Shown: positions 17,336 through 26,366 of the stretch, one piece after another
Numbering within the stretch: the stretch's first letter is position 1
How the letters are laid out: each line of letters starts with the position of its first letter
NCBI GenBank assembly: GCA_964531785.1
Contig: CAZHFF010000001.1
Span: forward strand, 7,880 to 71,879
Direction of reading: 5' to 3'
Source: an uncultured Candidatus Saccharibacteria bacterium
GTDB taxonomy: Bacteria > Patescibacteriota > Minisyncoccia > Phycocordibacterales > UBA12088
Length of the DNA stretch: 64,000 nt
The notes under the pieces: generated by a model
Told to the model about the DNA's origin: nothing
Seen by the model: only the letters and a program-made list of their open reading frames with translations
The model's database searches: none
Translations under genes and position numbers: made by a program

Positions 17336-17740
17336 ATGAAAGCCTTCATCCATGAATTCAAATCGTTCGCGATGCGGGGGAACGTGGTCGACCTGGCGGT
17401 AGCGGTCGTGATTGGCGGCGCGTTCGGGAAGATCACGACGTCGCTTGTTGACAAGGTGCTCATGCCGCTCCTCAGCATGCTCACCGGCGGCATCGACCTT
17501 GCCCACCTCAGCTGGACCATTCGAGCGGCAGAAGAAGCGCGACCGGCGCTCGTCTTGGGGTACGGAGCGTTCCTCCAGAGCGTGGTCGATTTCCTCATCA
17601 TCGCGTTCGCGATCTTCATCGTCATGAAGCAGATGAACCGCTTCTTGAAGAAGGAGAAGGAAACGCCGTCCGAGCCACCGGTGCCAACGAAAGACCAGGA
17701 GCTCCTCATGGAGATACGTGACCTGCTCAAGAACAAGTAG
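17336..17740 (+). CDS. mscL: Large-conductance mechanosensitive channel
   Basis: MKAFIHEFKSFAMRGNVVDLAVAVVIGGAFGKI..FLQSVVDFLIIAFAIFIVMK. Confidence 0.95.
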   Translation: MKAFIHEFKSFAMRGNVVDLAVAVVIGGAFGKITTSLVDKVLMPLLSMLTGGIDLAHLSWTIRAAEEARPALVLGYGAFLQSVVDFLIIAFAIFIVMKQMNRFLKKEKETPSEPPVPTKDQELLMEIRDLLKNK

Positions 17741-17743
17741 CGC

Positions 17744-18541
17744 ATGGGCTCCGCACCACTTGAGCGAGCGCGTGAGGTGGAACGTGCGCTCGCTGCACAT
17801 GCTTCACCCAAGAAGGCAGCATCTTCCTCGTGGTTCTTTAAGACAGGACCAGGTCAGTACGGCGAGGGAGAGGTCTTCATCGGGGTGACGGTGCCCGAGC
17901 AGCGAAAGGTCGCCAAAGCGTTTTGCGGGCTCCCGCAGAGCGAGCTCGCAAAGCTCCTTAAGAGTCCGGTACACGAGCACCGGCTCACTGCGCTCCTCAT
18001 CCTCACCTACCAGGTCGAGCGTCTCGATCGGTCAGAGGCAGAGGTATGCAAGGAAAAGGGCAGAGCAAGATCGAGCGGCCGATCTCGCGACACGAAGGGA
18101 CTGGAAGGACTCGTGCGCTTCTACCTCGCACACCTTGACCGCGTGAACAACTGGGACCTGGTCGACCTATCGGCGCCGAGCCTGCTCGGGACCTGGTGCG
18201 TGCGAACGGGGACGTATCACAAGCTCTACACGTTTGCACGATCAAAAAACCTCTGGCACAAGCGTGTGGCCATCGTCGCGACCCTTGCGTGCATCCGTGC
18301 CGGCGACCTTTCGCATACGTTCGCGCTTGCTCGGATACTGCTTTGCGACCAGCACGATCTTATCCATAAAGCGGTCGGGTGGATGCTCCGTGAGGCGGGG
18401 AAGCGCGACCAGGCCGCCCTGCGACAGTTCCTGGCCGAGCATGGTTCGGACATGCCGCGCACCATGTTCCGGTATGCGATCGAGCGCTTCCCAAAGGAAG
18501 AGCGAGTGCGGTTACTTGCTGCGAGCAAAGGCCGGCCGTGA
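17744..18541 (+). CDS. DNA alkylation repair protein (AlkD-like HEAT-repeat family)
   Basis: WFFKTGPGQYGEGEVFIGVTVPEQRKVAK, NNWDLVDLSAP, LWHKRVAIVATL, HKAVGWMLREAGK. Confidence 0.85.
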   Translation: MGSAPLERAREVERALAAHASPKKAASSSWFFKTGPGQYGEGEVFIGVTVPEQRKVAKAFCGLPQSELAKLLKSPVHEHRLTALLILTYQVERLDRSEAEVCKEKGRARSSGRSRDTKGLEGLVRFYLAHLDRVNNWDLVDLSAPSLLGTWCVRTGTYHKLYTFARSKNLWHKRVAIVATLACIRAGDLSHTFALARILLCDQHDLIHKAVGWMLREAGKRDQAALRQFLAEHGSDMPRTMFRYAIERFPKEERVRLLAASKGRP

Positions 18542-18629
18542 GCCGAGGAGGGAACGGAGCACTAGGTTGTTTTCGTGTGGTACACTGAGCGTCTACTCGA
18601 TCACCACTATTCAGTAACCTCAACATGCT

Positions 18630-19331
18630 ATGAAGTACACGCTCATCGGAATAGGTTTGCTAGGTATGCTCGGTATCGGCTATGCCCTGTGGGACCCCGG
18701 GGACATTACTCTGACCGTCCCGCTGGAGCAAAGCGAAGCCCAGGCTAGCGACGAGGTCGATCGTGCAGTGGTCGGCGAGGGTACGTACCGTGTGCGTACG
18801 GGCGAGAGTACGGTGCGTTGGGCGGGTCAGAAACCGCTCATCAGCGGATACGTCAATGCCGGTTCGATCGGTATCAGTGAGGGATCGATACGAGTGGAAC
18901 GTGAAGCGGCGACCGGTTCGTTCACGATCGCCATGGACACGCTCTCGGTTTCCGAGACACCCACGAAACCCGGCCAGGAGTCAGCGCTCGAGGGTCATTT
19001 GAAGGGCGAACGATGGTTCAACGTCGAGGGTTTTCCGACCGCGACGTTCAGCATACTCGAGGTCACGCCACGTATCGACAGTGACACCACGTTCGTCTAC
19101 GATGTGCGCGGCGAGCTCACCTTGAAGGGCGAAACGGGAGAGCTGGTCTTTCCGGCGACCATATTCGAAGATGGCGAAGGGCTGCTTCGGGCACAGGCCG
19201 CGTTCGAGTTCGACAGGACCAAGTGGGGCATCACTGCCGGTTCCGGTTCGTTCTTCGACAACCTGGCCGACAACGCGATCGCTGATATGGTAGCGCTTAG
19301 CTTCTCGCTCGTCGCCGAACCTGTGGAGTAG
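18630..19331 (+). CDS. YceI family periplasmic/lipid-binding protein with N-terminal anchor
   Basis: VRWAGQKP.., HLKGERWFNVEGFPTATF, GELTLKGETGELVFPATI, FEFDRTKWGI. Confidence 0.85.
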   Translation: MKYTLIGIGLLGMLGIGYALWDPGDITLTVPLEQSEAQASDEVDRAVVGEGTYRVRTGESTVRWAGQKPLISGYVNAGSIGISEGSIRVEREAATGSFTIAMDTLSVSETPTKPGQESALEGHLKGERWFNVEGFPTATFSILEVTPRIDSDTTFVYDVRGELTLKGETGELVFPATIFEDGEGLLRAQAAFEFDRTKWGITAGSGSFFDNLADNAIADMVALSFSLVAEPVE

Positions 19332-19345
19332 CACCGAGAGCTGAG

Positions 19346-19771
19346 CTACTCGAAGTCGATCTGGAAGTGGTACATCGCCATCGAGCACATGCCCTTGAGC
19401 GTACCCTGCGTCTTTTCGACCGGTACCGGGATCTCGACCGTGTCGGTCGGCTTGAGGTAGCTCTGGTACCCGAGGTCCGGTATGACGAGCGCGATGGAGC
19501 AATCGTAGGTGTTCTCGGTCTTCATGCGTATCACGGTCGGCACCCCGGCTGCCGCTTTGATCACACGCGGTGAATAGCCACCGCGCGCGGTTATGTCGAC
19601 GTACTGAACGTCGCCCTCACGGGTCGCGGTGCCGAACTCAACCACGCCCGGTCGCACGAACGGGCCGGCTTCATCGACGTCACGCCCCTTGCTGCCGAAG
19701 AGCACTGCACCGCCTATCACGGCAAGGCCCAGGATGAGCGCCAGGATCGTGTAACGGGTTTCTTTGGTCAT
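19346..19771 (-). CDS. Membrane-anchored cupredoxin-like domain protein (copper cluster)
   Basis: N-terminal TM YTILALILGLAVIGGAVLF. The domain ..GYSPRVIKAAAGVPTVIRMKTENTYDCSIALVIPDLG..LKGMCSMAMYHFQIDF parallels the C-terminus of the protein at 26367..27779. Confidence 0.7.
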   Translation of the reverse strand: MTKETRYTILALILGLAVIGGAVLFGSKGRDVDEAGPFVRPGVVEFGTATREGDVQYVDITARGGYSPRVIKAAAGVPTVIRMKTENTYDCSIALVIPDLGYQSYLKPTDTVEIPVPVEKTQGTLKGMCSMAMYHFQIDFE

Positions 19772-19774
19772 GAG

Positions 19775-20794
19775 CTAAAAGGTTAGGATCGGGCTGATAA
19801 TGCCGAATACCACCAGTGCACCGTAGAGGTTCGTGAGCGCAAAGAGGATCACGACGAGACCTGCGGTCTTGAAAAAGACGCCGCGGTATCTGCCTTTCGC
19901 CAGGTCGAGCGAGCCGAACGAGAGGAGTGCTAAGACCGGCAGCGTGCCGAGCGCGAACACGAGCATGGTGAGTGCGCCGGTCACCGCGCTTCCAGAGGAC
20001 AAGCTCATGACCTGCATCGACTGGGTAAAGCCGCAGGGCAGGAAGAACGTGAAGGCGCCGAGGAGTATCGGGGCAACACTCCCCGCACGCTCTGCCACAG
20101 CTGTGAGCCTTTCGGAGATGCTGCGAGGCAGCGTCCATGCGCGTACCTTTTTCGTGATATCAAGAAGGTGTATACCGAGGATGAGCATGACAAAGCTCGC
20201 GAGCGCACCTAAGACCGCGCTCCCATAGACCCCGATCTGCATGACCTCGCCGAGCGCACCGAGCAATCCTCCAAGCACGAAGAAGCCGGCCAAACGACCT
20301 GCATGAAAGAGGATCTGGGGTCGTGCGCCTGCATTGCTCTGCGCGTAGGTCGCACTGACCGAGAGTACGAGGCCCCCAACTACCGCAAGACAGGTCGAGA
20401 CAGAAGCGACGAGGCCGACCACGAGCGCGGTCGTGAGGGTTGCTTCGCTCGATCCGATGAGGGAGGTTATGCCGGCTCTGTGAAGGAGCACAAAGCCAAA
20501 CACAAGCAGAACGACGACCGGTAGTGCTGTGAGCCACTCGCTCCAGTTCGTCTGCGCAAGCGGAGGTGTCGCATGTACGGTATACCCGTGTGTCGAGATA
20601 AGGCCGGTCAACCGAGCACTGAGCGACTCCGCATCTACGTGGCGCTCTGTTGTAAGGGTGATCGTCTCGCTTGTGAGGGAAACGGAGACACTGCTTACGT
20701 CAGGCTCTTTTTGAAGCGTGGCCTCGATCAGGTGCTTACAGGCGCTACAGTGCGTGCCGGTAACGTAGAGGGTGTGCGTGCGGGTCTCGGTCAT
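19775..20794 (-). CDS. HMA (heavy-metal-associated) domain fused to a DsbD/CcdA/TauE-like polytopic membrane domain
   Basis: LYVTGTHCSACKHLIEATL (HMA CxxC), then ~7 TM segments with FFLPCGFTQSMQ. ATGA start/stop overlap with copA at 20791-20794. Confidence 0.8.
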   Translation of the reverse strand: MTETRTHTLYVTGTHCSACKHLIEATLQKEPDVSSVSVSLTSETITLTTERHVDAESLSARLTGLISTHGYTVHATPPLAQTNWSEWLTALPVVVLLVFGFVLLHRAGITSLIGSSEATLTTALVVGLVASVSTCLAVVGGLVLSVSATYAQSNAGARPQILFHAGRLAGFFVLGGLLGALGEVMQIGVYGSAVLGALASFVMLILGIHLLDITKKVRAWTLPRSISERLTAVAERAGSVAPILLGAFTFFLPCGFTQSMQVMSLSSGSAVTGALTMLVFALGTLPVLALLSFGSLDLAKGRYRGVFFKTAGLVVILFALTNLYGALVVFGIISPILTF

Positions 20795-23016
20795 AGGGTC
20801 GTTGCGCGCAAACGCAGGGAATTAGTAACGACCGATACGCTCGAAAGTGCCATGGCTGCACCCGCAAATGCAGGGGAGAGCATGATGCCGAGGGTGGGGT
20901 AGAACAGGCCCGCAGCAAGGGGGATGCCGAGGAGGTTGTAGATGAACGCCCAGAACAGGTTCTGCTTGACGGTGCGCATCGTCTTTTTTGCAAGCACGAC
21001 GGCAAGTACGAGCTTTCGTATCTCACCACGCAGGAGCGTCAGGTCGCTTGCCTCGATCGACACGTCGGTCCCGGTCGCCATTGCTACCGACACATCGGCG
21101 GCTGCAAGCGCCGGGGCATCGTTCACCCCGTCACCGACCATAGCCACACGCTTGCCTTTCGCCTGCTCTTGTTTTACCAGCTCGAGCTTGGTTTCCGGAT
21201 AGATGCCCGCATGGACCGTTTCGATCCCGACCGCATGCGCCACCGCTTGTGCGGCGCCCTGGTGGTCGCCGGTCGCGAGGATCACCCGGATGCCAAGCTT
21301 CTTAAGCGTGGCGACCGCGTCCTTGGCCCCGAGCTTGAGCGGGTCACCAAGGCCGAGCGTTGCCACATGGGTCGCGCCGCGCGCAACGACGACCGGCGTC
21401 TCCCCGGCCCGTGTCACGGCACCGATCGCGCTCGTGTTCAGTGCTACGCCCAGCTCTTCGAGGTACTCGATGCGACCGACCGCATAGGCAAAGCCGCCGA
21501 CCTCTCCGCGTATGCCCTTGCCCGGAACGGACAGAAGGTCCGTGACCGGTACCTCATCGATGTTCCGGTCACGCAGGTAGTGCACCACGGCTTCAGCGAG
21601 CGGATGCTCGGAACGTCGCTCGAGCGCATAGAGCGCACGCAAGAGATCCTCTTCGTCATGAATATGGAGGTTCCAGCTCTGGACCGTCGGTTTGCCCTCG
21701 GTCAAGGTCCCGGTCTTGTCGAGGATGATCGTATCGATCTTCGCGAGTGTTTCGATCGCTGCCGCGTTCTTCACAAGAACACCATGCCCGGCGCCCTTGC
21801 CGACCCCGACCATGATGGCGGTCGGGGTGGCGAGTCCCAGGGCACAGGGGCATGCGATAACGAGGACCGAGACGAATGCGACAAGCGCGTAGGGCAGTGC
21901 ACCGCCTACGGTTGCGCTACCGAACACGAGCCAGAGGAAGAACGCGGTCACGGCGATACCGAGCGCGATAGGCACGAATACGGCAGAAATGCGGTCGGCA
22001 AGCCGTTCGATGGGAGCCTTCGAGCCCTGTGCGTCGCTAACGAGCTGTACGATGCGCGCGAGGAGCGTGTCGCTCCCAATGCCGTCGACACGCATGAGGA
22101 ATGCTCCGGTCGTGTTCATCGTGCCGGCACGGACGGTGGATCCCGGCTCGCGGAACACGGGCACCGGCTCGCCGGTCAGCATGGATTCGTCGATGTTCGA
22201 GGTGCCCTCAAGCACCGTACCGTCGACTGGTATGCGCGAACCCGGCTTGATGACGACTGTGTCCCCCACAAGCACCTCACTGATCGGTCGGAGCGTCTCC
22301 TGTCCGTCGCGTATGACAAGTGCGCTCTTCTCCTGGAGCCCCACCAACTTCTTGAGCGCGTCTTTGGTGTGCGCCTTAGCACGGACCTCTAGGTACTTGC
22401 CGAGCGTGATGAGGCCGATCACCACGATGGTCGCGTCGAAGTACGTGACGCTCGTGTCGAGGTAGGGAGCAAGCGGCACGGCGAACACGGTGACGATGAG
22501 GCTGTAGAGGTATGCCGCGCCGGTACCAAGACCGACGAGCGTGTCCATGTTCGCCTTTCGGTAGCGCGCGAACCGGGCAACGCCAGCAAGGTACCGACGT
22601 CCGACCACGAAGAGCATATAGGTTGCAGCTATGAGGAGCACGAGACGCATCGGCATCATGAGCATTTCCGGCACGCGGGGGATGAGCCGCAGGGTCTCGC
22701 CAAGTATCTCCCAACCCATGCCGATCGTGGCGATGGCGACGAGCGGCATACCGGTTACGGTATGCAGGTAGAGCTGCCGCTCTTCCTCGCTCGTCTGTTC
22801 CTGGACCTCTGTGCGTGTGCTGAGGGAATACCCGAGCGGTACGAGCACCTCGGAGAGTGCGGCGAGCGAGGTCTTGTCGGTGTCGAACTCGATCTGTGCC
22901 GTCTCGGAACCGAAACTTGCCGTAGCGCTCGTCACACCCGGCACCTTACGAAGCGTGCTCTCGATGACGCTTGCGCAAGATGCGCAGTGCATGCCATTTA
23001 TTGTGTAGGTTGTCAT
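20791..23016 (-). CDS. copA: Copper-translocating P1B-type ATPase (host-like GC)
   Basis: MTTYTINGMHCASCASVIE (HMA), TGEP, CPCALGLATP, DKTGTLT, GDGVNDAPAL. I prefer ATG 23016 over the track's GTG 23025. Confidence 0.95.
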   Translation of the reverse strand: MTTYTINGMHCASCASVIESTLRKVPGVTSATASFGSETAQIEFDTDKTSLAALSEVLVPLGYSLSTRTEVQEQTSEEERQLYLHTVTGMPLVAIATIGMGWEILGETLRLIPRVPEMLMMPMRLVLLIAATYMLFVVGRRYLAGVARFARYRKANMDTLVGLGTGAAYLYSLIVTVFAVPLAPYLDTSVTYFDATIVVIGLITLGKYLEVRAKAHTKDALKKLVGLQEKSALVIRDGQETLRPISEVLVGDTVVIKPGSRIPVDGTVLEGTSNIDESMLTGEPVPVFREPGSTVRAGTMNTTGAFLMRVDGIGSDTLLARIVQLVSDAQGSKAPIERLADRISAVFVPIALGIAVTAFFLWLVFGSATVGGALPYALVAFVSVLVIACPCALGLATPTAIMVGVGKGAGHGVLVKNAAAIETLAKIDTIILDKTGTLTEGKPTVQSWNLHIHDEEDLLRALYALERRSEHPLAEAVVHYLRDRNIDEVPVTDLLSVPGKGIRGEVGGFAYAVGRIEYLEELGVALNTSAIGAVTRAGETPVVVARGATHVATLGLGDPLKLGAKDAVATLKKLGIRVILATGDHQGAAQAVAHAVGIETVHAGIYPETKLELVKQEQAKGKRVAMVGDGVNDAPALAAADVSVAMATGTDVSIEASDLTLLRGEIRKLVLAVVLAKKTMRTVKQNLFWAFIYNLLGIPLAAGLFYPTLGIMLSPAFAGAAMALSSVSVVTNSLRLRATTL

Positions 23017-23104
23017 TTGATGCACGTTTTACTGATGCACCTTCAGTATCTCCTCATGGGTCATTCCTAATGACTTCGGTGCCTGTTATTGTACTAAGCG
23101 TACA

Positions 23105-23329
23105 CTACTCCGCTCTAAACGCATACCCGTGTTGGGAGAGTTGCTTCGTGAACAGCTCCGCAAGTTGAGGAGCATTTTCGTCTCGGTCAGCCTTAACGAC
23201 CGCCTTTTGGAGTGCCTCGTCCACACTGACCGATCTAACGCCGGGCAGCTCTGAAAGTTCTTCCGTGATCAGGATACTGCACGACGTGCAGTGCATGCCG
23301 GTAACGGTAAAAGTGTGTGTTTGAGCCAT
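23105..23329 (-). CDS. copZ: CopZ-like copper chaperone (single HMA domain)
   Basis: MAQTHTFTVTGMHCTSCSILITEEL.., 74 aa. Confidence 0.85.
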   Translation of the reverse strand: MAQTHTFTVTGMHCTSCSILITEELSELPGVRSVSVDEALQKAVVKADRDENAPQLAELFTKQLSQHGYAFRAE

Positions 23330-23366
23330 GGTGGTTATGTAAGAGTTAGTGTTTTTATACAGTTAC

Positions 23367-25679
23367 TTAACGTGTAGAAGCGCGTTTTTTGCTGAGCCTC
23401 AACGTTTTCAACCGCAGTGAATTCGTAAGGACCGACACGCTCGATCCGGCCATAGCAAACCCTGCGAAGACCGGGTTGAGGAGTATTCCCCAGAACGGGT
23501 ACAGTACGCCTGCAGCGATAGGGATACCAATGAGGTTGTATATGAACGCCCAGAACAGGTTCTGCTTCACGGTGCGCATGGTTCGTCGAGCAAGAATAAG
23601 TGCCTGTGGCAGTTTGGCTATGTCGCCGCCTAAAAGTGCTATGCCCGCTGACTCGATCGCAATGTCCGTGCCGGTTGCCATGGCTATGCCCACATCCGCC
23701 TGTACCAGAGCCGGCGCATCATTGATACCATCACCCACCATCGCGACTTTTTTGCCGCTCTGCTGTAATTCGACGATCTTATCTGCTTTTTCGCTCGGCA
23801 AAACCTCACTGATCACGGTATCGATGCCAACGGAAGTCGCAATGAATTGTGCGGCACGTGCATTGTCTCCGGTAAGCATGACCGTAACGATCTTCTGTTT
23901 TTTGAGCAATGCTATCGTTTCGTGCGCCCCCTCTTTAACGGTATCGCTGATCGCTACAAGTGCAATGGGTGTTTCGTTTTGCACGATCACCACAACCGTC
24001 TTGCCTTCGCTTTCGAGACGTTCTGTCCCCTCAGGTTTACTTGCCAGCACTTGTGGCTTAACGACAGAAACACGGTTACCATTTATCGACCCTTCAACAC
24101 CGACACCTTCCAACGCACGGAAATCAAGCACATCCATGAGACCAGCTGTGCCTCCCTGACGTGCTACTATCGCTTGCGCTAATGGGTGTTCTGAGTGCCG
24201 CTCAAGACTGGCCGCCAGTTTAAGTGCCTCCGCTTCGTTCGTTGAGCCGAGTGTGACGATATCGGTTACGGAAGGTGTACCATTCGTTATGGTCCCCGTC
24301 TTATCGAATACGATCGTCGATACGGTGCTTAGCGTTTGCAGACTCTCTGCATCTTTGATGAGCATGCCGTGCTCCGCCCCTTTTCCAACACCTACAATGA
24401 TAGCTGTTGGTGTCGCAAGGCCTAGCGCGCAAGGACAAGCGATCACAAGGATGCCCACGAATGAAAGGATTCCGTAGGTGAACGCGAGCGTAAAGCCAAG
24501 ATAACTCGTGCCGACGGTGAGCCACACGCCAAATGTCAAAACAGCAATGACCAGGACGATGGGTACGAACACGCTCGAGATGCGGTCTGCAAGTGCCTGT
24601 ATCGGTGCCCGTGAACCCTGTGCACGCTCCACCATCTTGATTATTTGAGAGAGCATCGTGTCAGCTCCCACTTTGGTCGCGCGGAATCGTATGCTTCCTT
24701 GTTTGTTCAATGTGGACCCTACGACCAAGTCGCCAGGCTTCTTGTCAACGGGAACTGGTTCGCCGGTGATCATTGCCTCGTCGATCGATGTGGTACCCTC
24801 CACGATCTCACCATCGACCGGTACTTTTGCGCCCGGCTTGACTATGACGATATCATCAAGCACCACATCGGAGATAGGTACCTCGACCTCTTCACCGTTA
24901 CGGATCACCAGTGCGGTCTTAGCCTGTAATTCCATGAGCTTCTCGATCGCTTCACCGGTTTTCAGTTTTGATCGTGCTTCAAGGTATTTGCCAAGCGTGA
25001 CAAAACCGATGACCACGATCGTAACGTCAAAATACACATACTCAGGCAGGCCAAGAAGTTCTCGTACTGGTGGAAATAAGACGATGATGGAACTATAGAG
25101 GTACGCTGTGAACGTTCCTATGCCAATGAGCGTGTCCATGTTTGCGACCCGATACTGCAAGAAACGGAGCACTCCCTGAAGGAATGGTTGACCGATCCAG
25201 AACATAACGATGCTAGCTAATATGAACATGATCATGTTCAGAAGCTCCATAGGTATGGGGAGTGTGGGAAGAGAAGGCAGCACTTTTGCGAGGATGTCCC
25301 ACATCATGATCGCAAAGATCAACAAGGAGAGCGGAAGTACGAACTCAACCTTTCCTTTTTCTTTCGCGAGTTCCTTGAGCTTTGCTGCTTTGGTCTGTGA
25401 TAGGCCCGTATGCTCGCTGTGGTCGTTTACAGCCATTGCCGCATGTGCCTCATTGTTATGTTGACGCTGCGCATCGGGGGTGAGGCTATACCCAAGCGGT
25501 GCGATAGCTTCGTTCAGGACAGTATCAGCAAGATACTGTCCGCTAAAGGTAACCGTAGCTTTTTCGTTTGCGAAGTTTACCTCGGCGTCGCTAATGCCGT
25601 CGAGCTTTTTGAGACGTTTCGTGATTATTGCAGAGCAACTTGCGCAATGCATGCCCTGTACTGTGTAGGTATGTGTCAT
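23367..25679 (-). CDS. copA: Copper-translocating P1B-type ATPase (lower-GC paralog)
   Basis: MTHTYTVQGMHCASCSAIITKRL (HMA), TGEP, CPCALGLATP, DKTGTIT, GDGINDAPAL. Confidence 0.95.
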   Translation of the reverse strand: MTHTYTVQGMHCASCSAIITKRLKKLDGISDAEVNFANEKATVTFSGQYLADTVLNEAIAPLGYSLTPDAQRQHNNEAHAAMAVNDHSEHTGLSQTKAAKLKELAKEKGKVEFVLPLSLLIFAIMMWDILAKVLPSLPTLPIPMELLNMIMFILASIVMFWIGQPFLQGVLRFLQYRVANMDTLIGIGTFTAYLYSSIIVLFPPVRELLGLPEYVYFDVTIVVIGFVTLGKYLEARSKLKTGEAIEKLMELQAKTALVIRNGEEVEVPISDVVLDDIVIVKPGAKVPVDGEIVEGTTSIDEAMITGEPVPVDKKPGDLVVGSTLNKQGSIRFRATKVGADTMLSQIIKMVERAQGSRAPIQALADRISSVFVPIVLVIAVLTFGVWLTVGTSYLGFTLAFTYGILSFVGILVIACPCALGLATPTAIIVGVGKGAEHGMLIKDAESLQTLSTVSTIVFDKTGTITNGTPSVTDIVTLGSTNEAEALKLAASLERHSEHPLAQAIVARQGGTAGLMDVLDFRALEGVGVEGSINGNRVSVVKPQVLASKPEGTERLESEGKTVVVIVQNETPIALVAISDTVKEGAHETIALLKKQKIVTVMLTGDNARAAQFIATSVGIDTVISEVLPSEKADKIVELQQSGKKVAMVGDGINDAPALVQADVGIAMATGTDIAIESAGIALLGGDIAKLPQALILARRTMRTVKQNLFWAFIYNLIGIPIAAGVLYPFWGILLNPVFAGFAMAGSSVSVLTNSLRLKTLRLSKKRASTR

Positions 25680-25690
25680 AGAGTCTATGC

Positions 25691-26248
25691 TTATCCATTA
25701 AACCAATCATTCCTCCAAGACCTTAGCGTCACCAGGTCTCGTGCAAGCGCTTCTTCGAGTGCACGTGCATCTTGCCTCACCTTTGCTCGAACAGGACTTG
25801 AAGCAACACTCTGCACAATGGCAAGTGTTGCTTCTTGGTGCGCTATGAGGGCGTCCAGATACCGTACGTCGAACGCACCATCCTCGTCTGTGCCAAGATC
25901 GGGTATCTTCGGCTCACGTACTTGCTGAGTATCATCGAACCAGTCACGTTTGAGCACAAGAATATCGGCCACGCGTTGTGTTTCGGCGCGTATGATGTTC
26001 GCTGCAAACTCATGCAATTCTGGTCGATGCGTTTCCCGTACCTGTCGAGCGAGCCCGATTGCTATTTTGCTCTGGGTGATCTGTGCGTCAAAATATGCCG
26101 CCTCGACCTGCTCGGAGGCCGATTCGTTCACGTTCATACTTTTTTCTGGTCCGGCATATGCGGGTGCGAGATACGCCCCAACACCGATGCCGATAGTCAA
26201 GGTCATGATGCTAATGGCGAGGGACAGTGGGAGTGAGAGCTTGATCAT
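25691..26248 (-). CDS. DUF305 family protein (four-helix, copper-resistance associated), secreted
   Basis: Signal/TM at the N-terminus. Duplicated helical motif ..FDAQITQSKIAIGLA.. and ..DVRYLDALIAHQEATLAIVQ.., as in DUF305. Confidence 0.7.
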   Translation of the reverse strand: MIKLSLPLSLAISIMTLTIGIGVGAYLAPAYAGPEKSMNVNESASEQVEAAYFDAQITQSKIAIGLARQVRETHRPELHEFAANIIRAETQRVADILVLKRDWFDDTQQVREPKIPDLGTDEDGAFDVRYLDALIAHQEATLAIVQSVASSPVRAKVRQDARALEEALARDLVTLRSWRNDWFNG

Positions 26249-26366
26249 ACGTACGTAGTTTATAAGTTCTTAATTACCGTTTTTATCGTGCAACAGCTTA
26301 TGTCTGATGCTTGTAACGGACCATGTCGCAAGCTTAGACCAAGTATGTTGGGTTCGTGGACAATGG

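Noticed and set aside
21169-22392. A 407-aa plus-strand ORF inside copA. The same applies to 23389..24159 inside the second copA.
   Set aside because: They are antisense to unmistakable P-type ATPase genes (CPC, DKTGT, GDGxNDAP) and have no motifs of their own.
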